Below are positions 25,845-37,313 of a stretch of 64,000 nucleotides of DNA, one piece after another. This DNA comes from Gracilinanus agilis. Lineage: Eukaryota. The stretch is taken from assembly GCF_016433145.1 (NCBI RefSeq), contig NC_058135.1, forward strand, positions 106,927,860 to 106,991,859, given 5' to 3'. The translations under genes were made by a program, and so were the position numbers. The notes under the pieces were generated by a model that saw only the letters and a list, made by a program, of their open reading frames with translations, was not told the DNA's origin and ran no database searches. Positions within the stretch are counted from its first letter, which is position 1, and each line of letters starts with the position of its first letter.

Positions 25845-26176
25845 GGACTCTGAGACTCTCTTCATGAATAAGGTGCATGAACTCTATTTCATTTGTTTTG
25901 GCTGGTTATAAGCCTTTTCTTGTTTATTTTCCTGTGTTCTGGATAATAGAAATTATTGGAAAAGTAATCTCGAGATGAGCAAAGTGTTGTTCTTTTCAAA
26001 ACCTACTCTCTTAGATCTTGCAATTCATGGCAAACTGGTGCATGTATTTCAAACATACATAAATATATATGTAAAACATGTACACATATAATATACATAA
26101 AGTTAAATTAAATTAAAGTATTATATGAAAGCCAAAGTTAAGCATGTTTTGAGAGTGAATAGTTGAGGTAATCAGG
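25845..26176 (+). repeat. ~330 bp dispersed duplication, copy 1
   Basis: Aligns by eye to 27500-27816 (shared ATAAGGTGCATGAACTCTATTTCATTTGTTTTGGCTGGTTAT...CATGTTTTGAGAGTG). Confidence 0.92.
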
Positions 26177-27499
26177 TAGAATAATTCTGGGTACTTGGGT
26201 TTATACTGAGAAAGAGGAAGCTTTTGGTTCATTAATTTATCTGAGAAATTTTCCTGGATGATGTGTGATACTTTAAAACAGAGTTTTTTTCATCTTTTTT
26301 TTGGTATTAGGTGTCCCTTTGGCAGTTTAATGAAATCTATGTACCTCTTCACAGAATAATGTTTGGAAAAGCATAAAATAAAACATATAGAATTACAAAT
26401 AAAATTAATTATATTGAAATCCAGTTATCAATTAAAAATGTTCTAGGACCCTACATTAAGAACTCTTGGCTTAAAATATGGACAGCAAATTCCTTATCAG
26501 GTTAGGTATGAGAGAATGGTGTTTTAGTCATATTATTTTGTAGAAGACTTAGAGGTAAAATGCTGAAGGAATCACAGAATCACAAACTCAGAGCTAGATG
26601 AGAAATTAGAAATAATCCACTTTAAAACACAATTTACAAATAAGGAAAATTCAGATTAAAGAGAGTAAAGTGTTTTGCCTGAAATCCAGGAGGGAATATA
26701 GTGGCAGAACTGAGAATTGAACTCAAAAAACTCAGACTCCAGCTATTGTGTTCTTTTCTAACTAAACCATGGGGTATCAAGGTCCAAAAGAGAGACAAAC
26801 TTACTTATATAACTCTCCTATATATTAAGAAGTAGTTGCACACTGCCTCCATACCCCTATGTTGCAGTCATTTTCCTCTAACCTACCCCTTCAAGCCACC
26901 AAGGAGCTATCTCATCTAACATCTTTTCCCTACTATCCTTTTTTCTGGAACAACAGGCACTCTCTCCTTGATAATTTAGTTGATTTCACCTTCAGTAATT
27001 TCTTTTCACACAGACACAGAGACTCTAGTAACAAACAGTCTTCCTTCTTTCTTTTATAACTAAATCTACTCCAGTAATCACCAGAAAATATTTTATCCTC
27101 TTTTCTCAGTTGTTCCATTTGTGATTCAAAAACAAACAAAAAGCATGCACATATGCATGCAAACATGTGCACAGTCCTATTCATAAGTGATAAACTAAGT
27201 GGCAGCAATGTTACTTTACTAAGAAAAAGAAGAGAAAAACTATTAAGTTATGAAGTGAAATCAGATATGATAAAGAGCCAGGGTTATCAATTTCTAAAGC
27301 CCTTAAAAGGGCTTGACAGAAGACTCCCCAAATCTTAATTTTTTAAAAAAAAATCTGTTCATTAAAAAGCTTCTGTTTAAGTGCAAACAGTGAAAAAAAA
27401 TTCTAATCAAAAAATTATTCAATTTTTTGATTAGTTTAATTTTTAGAACAGCCAGATTATCTATATTTTTTACTATAATATCATTCTATGTTACTAATC

Positions 27500-27816
27500 A
27501 GAGGGATTGAAACTCTCCTCATAAGGTGCATGAACTCTATTTCATTTGTTTTGGCTGGTTATGAGCCTTTTCTTGTTTATTTTCCTGAGTTCTGAATAAC
27601 AGAAATTATTAGAAAAGTAATCTTGATAGAAGCAAGTTGTTGCTGTTTACAAAATCTGCTCTCTAAGATCTCACAATGTATGACAAACTGATTTTTGTAT
27701 TTCAAACACATATAAATATATAAAACACATACACATATATAACAAAGTTAAATTAAAATATCATATGAAAGCCAAAGGTAAACATGTTTTGAGAGTGGAT
27801 AGTTGAGATAATCATG
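27500..27816 (+). repeat. ~330 bp dispersed duplication, copy 2
   Basis: Same orientation as copy 1, about 1.65 kb downstream. Confidence 0.92.
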
Positions 27817-29663
27817 ACTAAAGGGGTTTTGTTGATTAGCCCTTGGATACTAATTTATCATTTTTTTTGTCCTGTGAAAAATCTGTCTCTTTATCCAAAT
27901 AACTGATTTATAATTGAATATGTAAAAACACAGCTCATTTGTAGCTTGGAACTGCCTTTTAATGACCTATCCCTTGCCCTCAGTTAGATTATAATCTAAC
28001 TAGAGCTGTTATTCTCTAACCTTCATGAAATGAGTTTTTCTCTTCCACATTTCTTGTCCCTATTCAGAACATAGCTTGGATCAAACTTTCTTGTCTGCAC
28101 ACAAACACACACAATCCATGAGAATACAAAGTATGGAAATGAAGTTTTATAAGGAGAAACCCCCCAAGATATTAATTTCTCCAGCAAGGTACCAAAGTTC
28201 TCAGATATTTTGGAGAGAACTGGTCCTTTAAAAATCTGCTGGAAACAATAAAATAGCACATACCCAGTTCAGTCATCGTGTTCTGGCCATTTTAGTGATC
28301 CCTTCTGAGCTATTAGAAATGTCATGTAGAAGCATTGATTTTCATGTCTGTGAAACAAATGAAGGGTATACTTTTAAAAACAAATAAAACCTCACAGACT
28401 AATTCCAAAGATTAATGTTTGATGAATAGCACGAAGTGCTGAACATAGTAATAACACAATAATGTAAGGCTCAAGACTAGCAATTGACTCCCCTGAGGTT
28501 AGAGTCAAGCTTTGGTGAGTCACCATTACATTGGGCACTAAATGAAGATGATTTTTTTTTAACTTTTAGGAAGTAAACTTTACTTCTAGACTTGGCTGAT
28601 AAGTTTCTTAGGGTGATGTTATATACAAGCAAACTGGCTAATTCTCAAAGACATCATTCTTCTAATTGTCCATCTTAGGAAAACAACCTATAGTCAGGAA
28701 GACTTGGCTTCAAGACTTGTTTCTGATATATACCCCTTGCCTAAATGACTTTGCTAGGAGCTTCACCTCTAAGGGAGCTGGGGCAACTCTCTAAGACTGA
28801 GTTGCAGAGAAATTACAGATCTACATTGGTAGAGTGATGAAGCTGATAAAATCACTATTCCAGAAATAAAACCCCTCCTCAAAACAAACAAAAAACAAAC
28901 AAACAAAACACCGTTAAATTAATTTCTAAGTGTAGAGGAAGTGGACTTGATGGTCTCTCCACTGGTCATCTTGTTATCTAGGCATCTCTCTTTGCCTGTG
29001 ACAAATTCTCACCAGCCCTTGATCCTCTCCATTCCCTGTGCAAGATATATTTTGTATTAAAGCAGTAAAAAACAATAATATCATTATGATGACCAGATTT
29101 CATCCCCAATGTGTTCATATAGCCACTGAAAAATAAAGGGGATTTTAAAAATATGAATAACCTGTATCCTATGATTAGAAAAATATTTTTTTAAAAGTGG
29201 TTGTTGTTTTGTGAGTTTAATTCTAATAGATAACAGGGCAGCTTCCAAGATTTGTAAAGCTCCTAACTGTCTAAAAGTTGGGGATCAGTGTTATCAAAGT
29301 ACAAACATCTTTTGGATTTTTTCTTCAGGGTTACAAAACCAGACTGAGTCAGTTTTCTAAGACATTTTGTATTCCAATTATATATGGATACTTACATGAT
29401 GAATCTAAAAGGATATGAACGTTTGTGAAATGTGAATATGTATACTTGGTCACCCCAAAGGTTCTCTGAGTATTTTTTGGACTCAGAGAAACTTTTATAG
29501 GAGAGACAAAACAGAGAAGTCAGGGTGGAAATGGAACTTTCAGGACAGAATGACTCATGGAAACACAGTGAATGTTTATGGAACAACATTAAACAATTAC
29601 AGTGCAGTGTCCATCCTCTTTGGTGGGATAATACACTTGCTAAAAACACAAAGGAAATGGCTC

Positions 29664-29696
<33 letters not shown>

Positions 29697-30159
29697 TCCT
29701 GTACTCACCTCTGCAGGTAGGGCAGTGCTTAGGATGGGACAGCAGCAGTAGGCAATAGGGCATTGTCCTGGTGGTCTGTGGGCTAATCTGCATTTCTGTG
29801 CACTTTCTGTGAGGGGGAGAAGGAAGGCAACTGGGAAGTGTGCCCAGGTGCACTTGGGATCCTGAAAATTGTCCCCCTTTATTTTGGGAAGTCTTTGGAC
29901 CCACCACTAATCACATATTAGGCTTGTTTTCTCGGTCTCCTCCTAAGGTATTCATTCATTTAAAGGTAATAAAGTATTTGTAGCTGCTGCCTGGGGATCT
30001 TTTCCATTATCTATAGAGAACCTACAGGTTACCAGAGCCTAATGGCCACTTCTGATTAAACTCTCGAAGGGTGTTGAACCCAGACCAGCTAGCAACACCC
30101 GCTAGGGTTTTTCCAGTCCGCGGCCGTATCCAAACATTCACGGCCCACACTTTACCTGG

Positions 30160-32730
30160 GTGCCCCCAGCCTCACTTGAACAGAGAGCCAAGGAGAGCGT
30201 GCGTGCAAGGGAGCACCCAGCTTCACGAGCGCGCACACACACCAAGGAAGTGAGGAAAAGAGAATCAAAAAAGACCCCAGGCTCACACACTCAATGAAAG
30301 TAAAGTCAGAGTAAATAAAGTCCCGGGCCTCACTTACAGAGTAAGGAGGAGAGTCAGAGACCCCAGACTCACGCACGCGCGCGCGCACACGCACACGCGC
30401 ACGCTCAAAGGCGAGAGTAAGAGCAGGAACACACACCCCCTACCCCCACCCCCAGACTCACAAAGAAAAAGCGAAGCAGAGCCCCCATCCTCAAAGAGGT
30501 CGAGCGCCCCGCTTCATAAATTAATGCGGGAAAAGCTCCCCGGCCTCACAAACATAGAGAGATAGCCCGCGCCCAGGAGAGACCCTAGCTTCAAGCTCAT
30601 TGAGTATGCAGACAAGAGACCCCAGCCTCAGATGAAAAGATAAAGAGCGAGAACAGGAGAAATGCCCCAACCTCACAAGCAAATAAAAAGATCTAGAGCA
30701 AGAGAGAGACCCCGGCCTCAAAAGCACAGAAAACAAATAAGGAAAACAGTAAAGACCTCAGCTTCATGTACACAGATGAAGAACGCAAGCAGAAGACAGA
30801 CCCCAGCCTCACAAGCTAATAAAAAGAGTGAGAGCGAGAGCGAGAGCAGGAGAAAAACCCCGGCTTCAGGAGCACCGAAGGAAAAAAAAAAATGTATAGG
30901 GAAACAGACCCCAACCGCACCGCCCCCCCCCCCCCACACACACACACAGACGAAGAGTGCAAGCAGTAGACCCCAGCCTCACCTACAGAGGAAAAAAATA
31001 GGAGAGACCTCAATCTCATACATAGGTTAAGAGAGGAGGTAACAGACCCCGGGTCTTACTCGCAGAGGGGAGAAAAATAGGGAGACCCTAGCTTCATACA
31101 TACGGGGGCGGGGGGGATAAAAAACAAACACGAGAGACCCTACCCTCACACACAGAGAAAGGAGGGGAAAAAAAACAACTAGAGAGACCCCTGCCTCATT
31201 TGTCCACATAAAGAGTGAGAACGGGAGAGAGACCCCCAGCTTCACACGCACCGGGGAAAAATAAAAATAAAAAATAAAAACAGTTAAGACCCTCAGATTC
31301 ACAAGTAAAGAAAAAAATGTTTATACATATATATTTAAACAGGAGAGACCCCAACTTCACCCGCTACAAAAAAATAAAGAGCGAGAACTGGCAAAAAGAC
31401 CCCAATGTCATACACAGATAAAGAAGAAAAACAAGACAGACCCCAGCTTCACCACACACAGAGGGTGAGAGCCCACCACCTCATAAACAAACAGGGAGAG
31501 AGCCCCCAGCCTCACAAACACGGAAAGCTAGCGCTAAACACGCGCGCCGGGGAAAGCCCCCACCTCTGGCGCATAGAATTGGCAAGAGAGAGACCCCAGC
31601 CTCACACGCCCAGGTAAAGAGTGAAAACAGAGACCCCAGACTCACACTCAGATAAAGAAGGGAAGTAGGAGAAAGACCCGAGTCTCATGCACCCAGAGAA
31701 ATCGATCAAGAGAGACCCCATCCCCACACGCCGAGCGAAATAGAGAAAACAAGAGACCCCCCCAACCCCATATGCCCAGAAAAACCAAGAAACCAAAAGA
31801 GACCCCAGCCCCACACGCACAGATAAGAATCGAGACTAAGAGAGACCCCAGCCTCAAACAAACAAAGCGCGAAAACAAGAAAACAGGAAAGACCCCAGAC
31901 TCTCACGCACGGAGAAACAGCAAAAAAGCAGGAAAGCGACCCTAACCTCACTCGGAGAGACCCCAGCCTCACACGAACAAAGAGCCAAAGCGAGAGCACA
32001 GGAAAGACCCCAGTCTCCCACACAAAGAGCGAGAGCGAGCTGACAGGAGAGACCCTAGCCTCACGCACAAAAAGCGACGGCTGCACGGCAGGAAGAAGAG
32101 ACCCCAGACTCACACGCACAGAGAAAGAGCCAAAGCAGGGGACCCCAGCCTCACAAGCACAAAAAGCGGGAGCGGGAGCGCGAAAAAGCGTGAAGAGGGT
32201 AAAAAAAGACCCCAGCCTCACACGGACAAAGAGGAAAAGCGGGAAGATAAGAGAAAGAGACCCCAGATTCACACGCGCAGCGAAAAAAAAAAAATCAGAA
32301 GACCCCAGCCTCACGCACAAAAAGCGAGAATGAGCGAGCGAGAGACCCCGGCCTCGGTCGCAGAGAACCCAAGAGCAGAAGAGAGACCCCAGCCTCATAT
32401 GCAAAGGGAAATAGCGAGGGACCCCGGGCACAAGCACAAAGAGCTATCTAGCGAGAGGGCAGAGCCCCCAGTCTCCCAGGCAGGGAGAAAAAGCCAGCGA
32501 GATCAGGGGAAGAGACCCCAACCTCACCCTCCCCCTTCCCGAGAGAAAAGGAGAGCGGGTGAAAGACCCCAGTCTCCTAGATACAGAAAAAGATCGAGAA
32601 TGATATGGAAAAAAACCCTGGCCTCATTGACACAAAGAGTGAGAGCGACGGAGGAGAGCCCCCAGCCTCAATGGAACCAAAGAGCGAGAGCGGGAGAAAT
32701 CCCCCCCCCCTTCCGCTGCCGCCCCAACCT
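30160..32730. repeat. GC/CpG-rich array of ~55 copies of GAGACCCCAGCCTCAC with variable purine-rich spacers (Rsx 5'-repeat-like)
   Basis: Core motif every ~46 bp on average, counted by eye. On the minus strand the core reads GAGGC-TGGG-GTCTC and can form a hairpin. Many CpGs are retained. Confidence 0.95.
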
Positions 32731-33223
32731 CCCTATCTGAGGAAAAGGCACAAAACACACATTACTTAGTTGAAAACGTGAAGTTTAATATCCCTAAAAG
32801 GGTAGGTAGAGGAAAACCTCACCCCCCCCCAAAAAAAAGAGAGAAGACAGAAGGGCAAATAATAGGGACAGACTACAAAGAGTTAAGTGTTGATAGTGGC
32901 AGGTGGGGCACAGGAGATATGTAATTGAGGATACTTTGGAGGGTCAGGGGCTTGGGTGGGAGAGATGGCCAAGAAAACGTTTCTAAATCCCTGTATTGAA
33001 AAGACAGGGCCAAGAGTTAGGCAAAGAACCAACTAGAAGCCGAGAAGCCAGAGGCTGTTAAAAGTTTACTTTGTTAGAAAAAAAGAAAAAGAAAACTAAA
33101 TCCCCTAGTTTAAAACTTCAATTCGAGTTGAGCTCTGGCATTATTTGTAAGTCAGATCGAAGATAAATGATTGAAACTCTACAGGGACATGATTTTTCAC
33201 TCTCTAAACTTTTCCCGCCTCGC

Positions 33224-33420
33224 CTGAGGACACAAGTGGAAAAGTTTCACTGATGGATGATGGCTCTTGTCTCGCTCTTAGTCTCTGCTGCTCCCCTGCG
33301 GCTGCCAATGAGAACAACACGAAAAGTTTTACTTTTCTTGCTTTTTTTTCTCTCTTGCATTGACGCAAATTATTTTTTTTTACCTTGGGCGTCAATCCCT
33401 TTTCCTGCGTAATGCTTTCT
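33224..33420 (-). promoter_or_regulatory. Candidate promoter / 5' regulatory region
   Basis: CCAAT at 33305-33309; inverted pair ATTGACGC (33359-33366) and GCGTCAAT (33389-33396); third related site GCGTAAT at ~33407; CpG cluster; strong minus-strand acceptor CTTTTCCACTTGTGTCCTCAG ending at 33224. Confidence 0.5.
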
Positions 33421-33554
33421 CGGTTGAAATAAAATAGATATGAAACTTTTTCTTTTTTTTTGGCTCCTATGTCAAGAAATAATGATTGGTAAGTAATTGG
33501 AATGTGGTTGTTCTTTTCCCTAAACCCATCTACCCCCGTGTGTGTTTGTCTCTC

Positions 33555-33763
33555 AGTATGTATCTGAATACTAATACAGATCTCTATATACAGATAGAGA
33601 TGCTCCCCATTTTTCAAACCAATCTGTGTGTCTGTGAATACTAATATAGATCTCGATATACAGATATATAGATGCTCCCCATTCTTCAAACCAATTTGTA
33701 TGTATGTGAACACTAATATAGATCTCTATATACAGATCTACGTGCTCCCCATTCTTCAAACCA
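33555..33763. repeat. ~70 bp x3 minisatellite
   Basis: GAA(T/C)ACTAATA(C/T)AGATCTC...ATACAGAT...TGCTCCCCATT.TTCAAACCA at 33566, 33636 and 33708. Confidence 0.95.
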
Positions 33764-33829
33764 GTGAACATAAAGGGGGGAATCAGGAATTTATGCAAAG
33801 GAGCACACTCAGAGAACACTCAAGGTCAT

Positions 33830-34470
33830 AGACAGTCATCTATCCCCTGGACTATTGCAATGACTAGTTTCCCTCCTTTTAATCCTGCTCCTCCAACCCC
33901 ATATACAGCCCAATTCATCCTGCTTTAAGACATGCATGAGACCATACCATTGACACCTGATTTCCTTTAGGTTAAAAAGCAAACTCTAACCTGGCATTTT
34001 AAAACCCATTAAAAAGTTTTTTAAAACAACAATATGGTTTCCTCTTTCCAACTTTAGTTCATACTTCTCCCCCAAAACACTCTAGGCTTTGGTCAAACTA
34101 TTTGTTGTTCTGTGATCTCAACATACATTTCCCCAACTCTTTGTATTTGTACAAGCCATCGTCCCCACTTGGAACTTATAGTATGTTCATCTGTATTGGA
34201 ACACTTTCCCTCTTTTAAGCTTCATTTCAGGTGACAATTCATTTCCATGAACTCATCAGCCACAAATGTTCTATCCTTCCTTCAATTTCCCTAGAATAAT
34301 TTGTCTGATTTGCTCTTTTATTATATCTGAATTATATTAATCTGTGTACATATATCCCTCCCAATAGAATGTAACTCCATAAAAGCAAATACTTGCCATC
34401 TTAGATAATGGAATCTTTAGTGCCTAGCACAGTGTTTTTATACTTGGTAGTACTTAAGAAATGCTGCTAG
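33830..34470 (+). mobile_element. L2 3' fragment
   Basis: CTGGACTATTGCAAT... start and L2/MIR-type tail GTGCCTAGCACAGTG...GTACTTAAGAAATGCT. Confidence 0.65.
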
Positions 34471-35299
34471 CATAGCTATACTACATAAGATTCAATAAGG
34501 GGAAGGAAAATGCAGACAGAACACATAGCTCTCTTTGCTACCTTTCCTTTGGGCCACATTGAAAAAAGTCACAGAGAGATTCACCTAAATCAGGGTACAG
34601 CTATACCCTTCCAAAAGTGGGACATTCCTCCTCATACTCAGATTTAATCAGGTCTAAATTTTATTCTGAAAATGTATTCTGAAAAACCAACATATCTGCA
34701 AAAGAATTCTACAGTATCTGACAATGCTATCAGCACTGTTCCTTTTCTTCCTCAAAACCTTATCCTTAACTCTTCTAATTGTTATAGTTTAATAGGGAAA
34801 AAAAACAATTTAAAAGAAAAAATGTAATAACCTCTTACAAATATTGTTTCACCTATAGTAAACCACTGTACTTTTTGATGAGTTACCACTGAGAAGTTGA
34901 TTTATTCAGAAATGCAGGCATACATAATACCTAGAGGGGAAAAGCAGTCTTTGAAAGGTTAGCTTTGGTAAGGTTCCTGCAGCAAACCCCACAAAACAGA
35001 GGCAGCAGGCACACTTTAAAAAGAAAGCAGGGAGCTAAAAAGGCATCTAGTGAGCAACCCCTCCACTGGTTTGACTATAAAGTTTCTTGAACATTGCCTC
35101 GGTATCCCTAAGATCTCTTTAATGTCCCATTCCTGTTCTCTGTTTGTTAAGTTTAAGCTTGATTACCCTCTTCATACTTCCACTCCAAAGATTTGGAGTT
35201 GTGGCTTTGATTCCTTCTGATCCTCTTATCTCTCACTCAGGTACCTAGTATTACCTTAGAGAATTTGATTAAGGTTTTCCCTGAACAGCTGAAAGAGTT

Positions 35300-35590
35300 T
35301 GAGAAACTTAAACTATAAGATGATGGCAAACTTTATGTGAATTATCCCTTGTTTATCCCTGTTCAGGTTTTTACTGATTACATTCACCCACTTCTCTAAT
35401 TTGTCATAGTCATTTCTCATTTCTATCCAGTCCATCCTGTTGCTAGACATCCCACGCATATGTGGTATCATCAATAAATTTAATGAGCATATTTTCCATT
35501 CCATTATCCAAATTATTACAAGTGTCGACATTCTATCCAGCAAACCTTCTTCAAGGTGACACTGACCCTTGACAGCTACCCTTTGAGAAG
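35300..35590 (-). mobile_element. L3/CR1 RT fragment
   Basis: Minus strand reads LDNGMENMLIKFIDDTT (FADDTKL motif) and YDKLEKWV. Confidence 0.75.
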
Positions 35591-35714
35591 GTCCCTCTAT
35601 TTAGATGAGCATCAAGTGGTGGATGATGGATCACATCTCTGCTGAGCATTTTTGACTAGAGAGAGAAACTGATTCAAATGCTATGGTTGTTTCTTGTGTT
35701 CATTCCCCCTCCAG

Positions 35715-35746
35715 TACATTCAGTTTCCATTGGCTAGGCGAATTCA
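35715..35746 (+). other. Candidate short exon (YIQFPLARRIQ)
   Basis: Polypyrimidine acceptor ...CATTCCCCCTCCAG and donor CA|GTATGA; frame stays open to TAG at 35823-35825 if unspliced. Protein not recognised. Confidence 0.25.
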
Positions 35747-37208
35747 GTATGATCCTGTTACGGCTTGCCATCGCCTCTCTGTTGCTGGGGTCCTCTCTCC
35801 GTTGCTCTGCAAACAAGGATTATAGGAATTATTTGACTTTCTTCATAGAGCTATTGTGCCAGGGAGTACAAATGTCCTTGGCCACATCTCTGCAAACAAA
35901 CATTTTAGGAAGGAATTAACTGACACATACATGTTCTTGTTATAGTCAATCAATACTGTTTGATCGATGGTTTTCAAAAGGTTGCTTTCTGCACTATTCA
36001 ATGGCAGTTTCCTCATCAGAGCTGTCGAGCCGAGCCAGACCTGTTACATCAAGCTATTTGCTAAACAACAGTGAAAAGCGTATCATTTTGTAAAATTAAC
36101 TCAGCTTCTTATTAAAAGTTAATGTATGTGGTTCAAAGACTTAGCATATTATTAACGTCATTTAAAATGACAGTGAATGGGTATGCCCTTTTTATTCTGA
36201 AATGTTTGTTTCTTTTAAAGTATGTGGATGATGTTTATGCCAAAAATCCTTCAGGAAAAAAAAAGACAGATAGTAGAAACTGATTGACTGGCAATGATGC
36301 ACATTAAGCCTTATCCTGAGTGAAGAGAATAAAGGGTGATTGAGGAGAGGGACTCAGAAAGACGCTAATTATCTATATCTATTAAGGATTAGAGTTAGTC
36401 ACCAGTCTTGAATACCTAGCAAGTTAATTAGTGAACAGCACCACTCTTGCTGAGCAAAGTGCTTGGTCCATCTTAAAACACTGTATAAATGTGAATTATG
36501 ATCAGTAATTACTATAGCCATATCATCCTAAGAGATGTTTATGTGACACTATTTCAGGCTGGACTGAATAGAGAAACTTATCATCCTTATAAAAGATCGT
36601 GGCTTATTTTCTGTGGAGACCCTTTGTGTGCTATCTTTTTCTCTCAGAAAAGTATATCTTCAGTTCCTTCCAAGTCTAGTTGAGAAAACAGGGTTCAGAA
36701 TAAAAAATAAACAATGGTAGGAATAGAGAGGAACCCACCATGTTTTCTTGAAAGCAATATTACCTTCCAGTTTGGAAAGATTTTCTGTCTTGTATAAAAA
36801 AACAATTGTGAAGACTGAGATCAAAAATCAGCTGTTTGACAAAATTGTTGAAAAGTGAATTCTCTTATAAAATTAGCTGTTTTTCTATTCAAAGGTAATG
36901 AATCTATGGTATTGAACCTTTGTCATTTGAAAGGGCTATAAATGAAATGCCATTGTATGTCCTGAAATCTGTAGTCCTTTTAAAAATATATAAACAGGGT
37001 TGATGCTAAAATCCTAGTTACAAAAAAGAGACAGCCATTTCTTTCCCGACATCCTTTCCATATTTTCTGGCAGTTCAACAACAGCTAACTAAAAGTTTTG
37101 TGAGGACATTGGCAGAAGGGAGGAGGGAAGAGCAGTGCGGAGGTGGAGAATTGGTAACTTTCCTTTTGTGCTCTCTCCCCCTCCCAATTCTCTCTCCACG
37201 GTTTGAAG

Positions 37209-37313
37209 ATGGAGGCCTGCGGCCCCCAAGTACTCTTCTGACTCCTCTGGAGACAGCTCTGTGTACTTCTATCCAATCAGCTGCAGTCTGGAGGCCAACA
37301 ACTTGGCTCCCCA
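37209..37313 (+). other. Candidate 105-nt frame-preserving exon (WRPAAPKYSSDSSGDSSVYFYPISCSLEANNLAP)
   Basis: Long pyrimidine tract then AG at 37207-37208; strong donor CA|GTGAGT; open phase 2-2 frame. Protein not recognised. Confidence 0.35.

Larger units (their letters stand above)
14757..33330 (-). ncRNA. RSX: Candidate Rsx-like (RNA-on-the-silent-X) repeat-rich lncRNA, minimal extent; may extend left into 130-10900 and may have upstream exon(s)
   Basis: Seen: CpG-rich 5' region, then a GC-rich hairpin-motif array, then a long T-rich tandem array on the minus strand, with no credible ORF, in marsupial-type DNA. Knowledge: Rsx is a ~27 kb marsupial lncRNA with 5' GC-rich stem-loop repeats and downstream T-rich repeat domains. 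Identity is inferred from architecture, not from an alignment. Confidence 0.6.

Noticed and set aside
25869-27531. TAAGGTGCAT matching the 5' end of miR-18 (the miR-106a-363 cluster is X-linked near PHF6)
   Set aside because: The match stops after 10 nt, there is no hairpin or other cluster member, and both hits belong to a local duplication.
30160-32730. CRISPR-like pattern (conserved palindromic repeat with variable spacers)
   Set aside because: Mammalian context, repeats are short and degenerate, spacers are low-complexity and related to each other, and there are no cas genes.
30071-32740. Many overlapping ORFs (up to 243 aa) on both strands
   Set aside because: They are by-products of a GC-rich repeat that lacks stops; the translations are repetitive (RLGSL) and have no domain.
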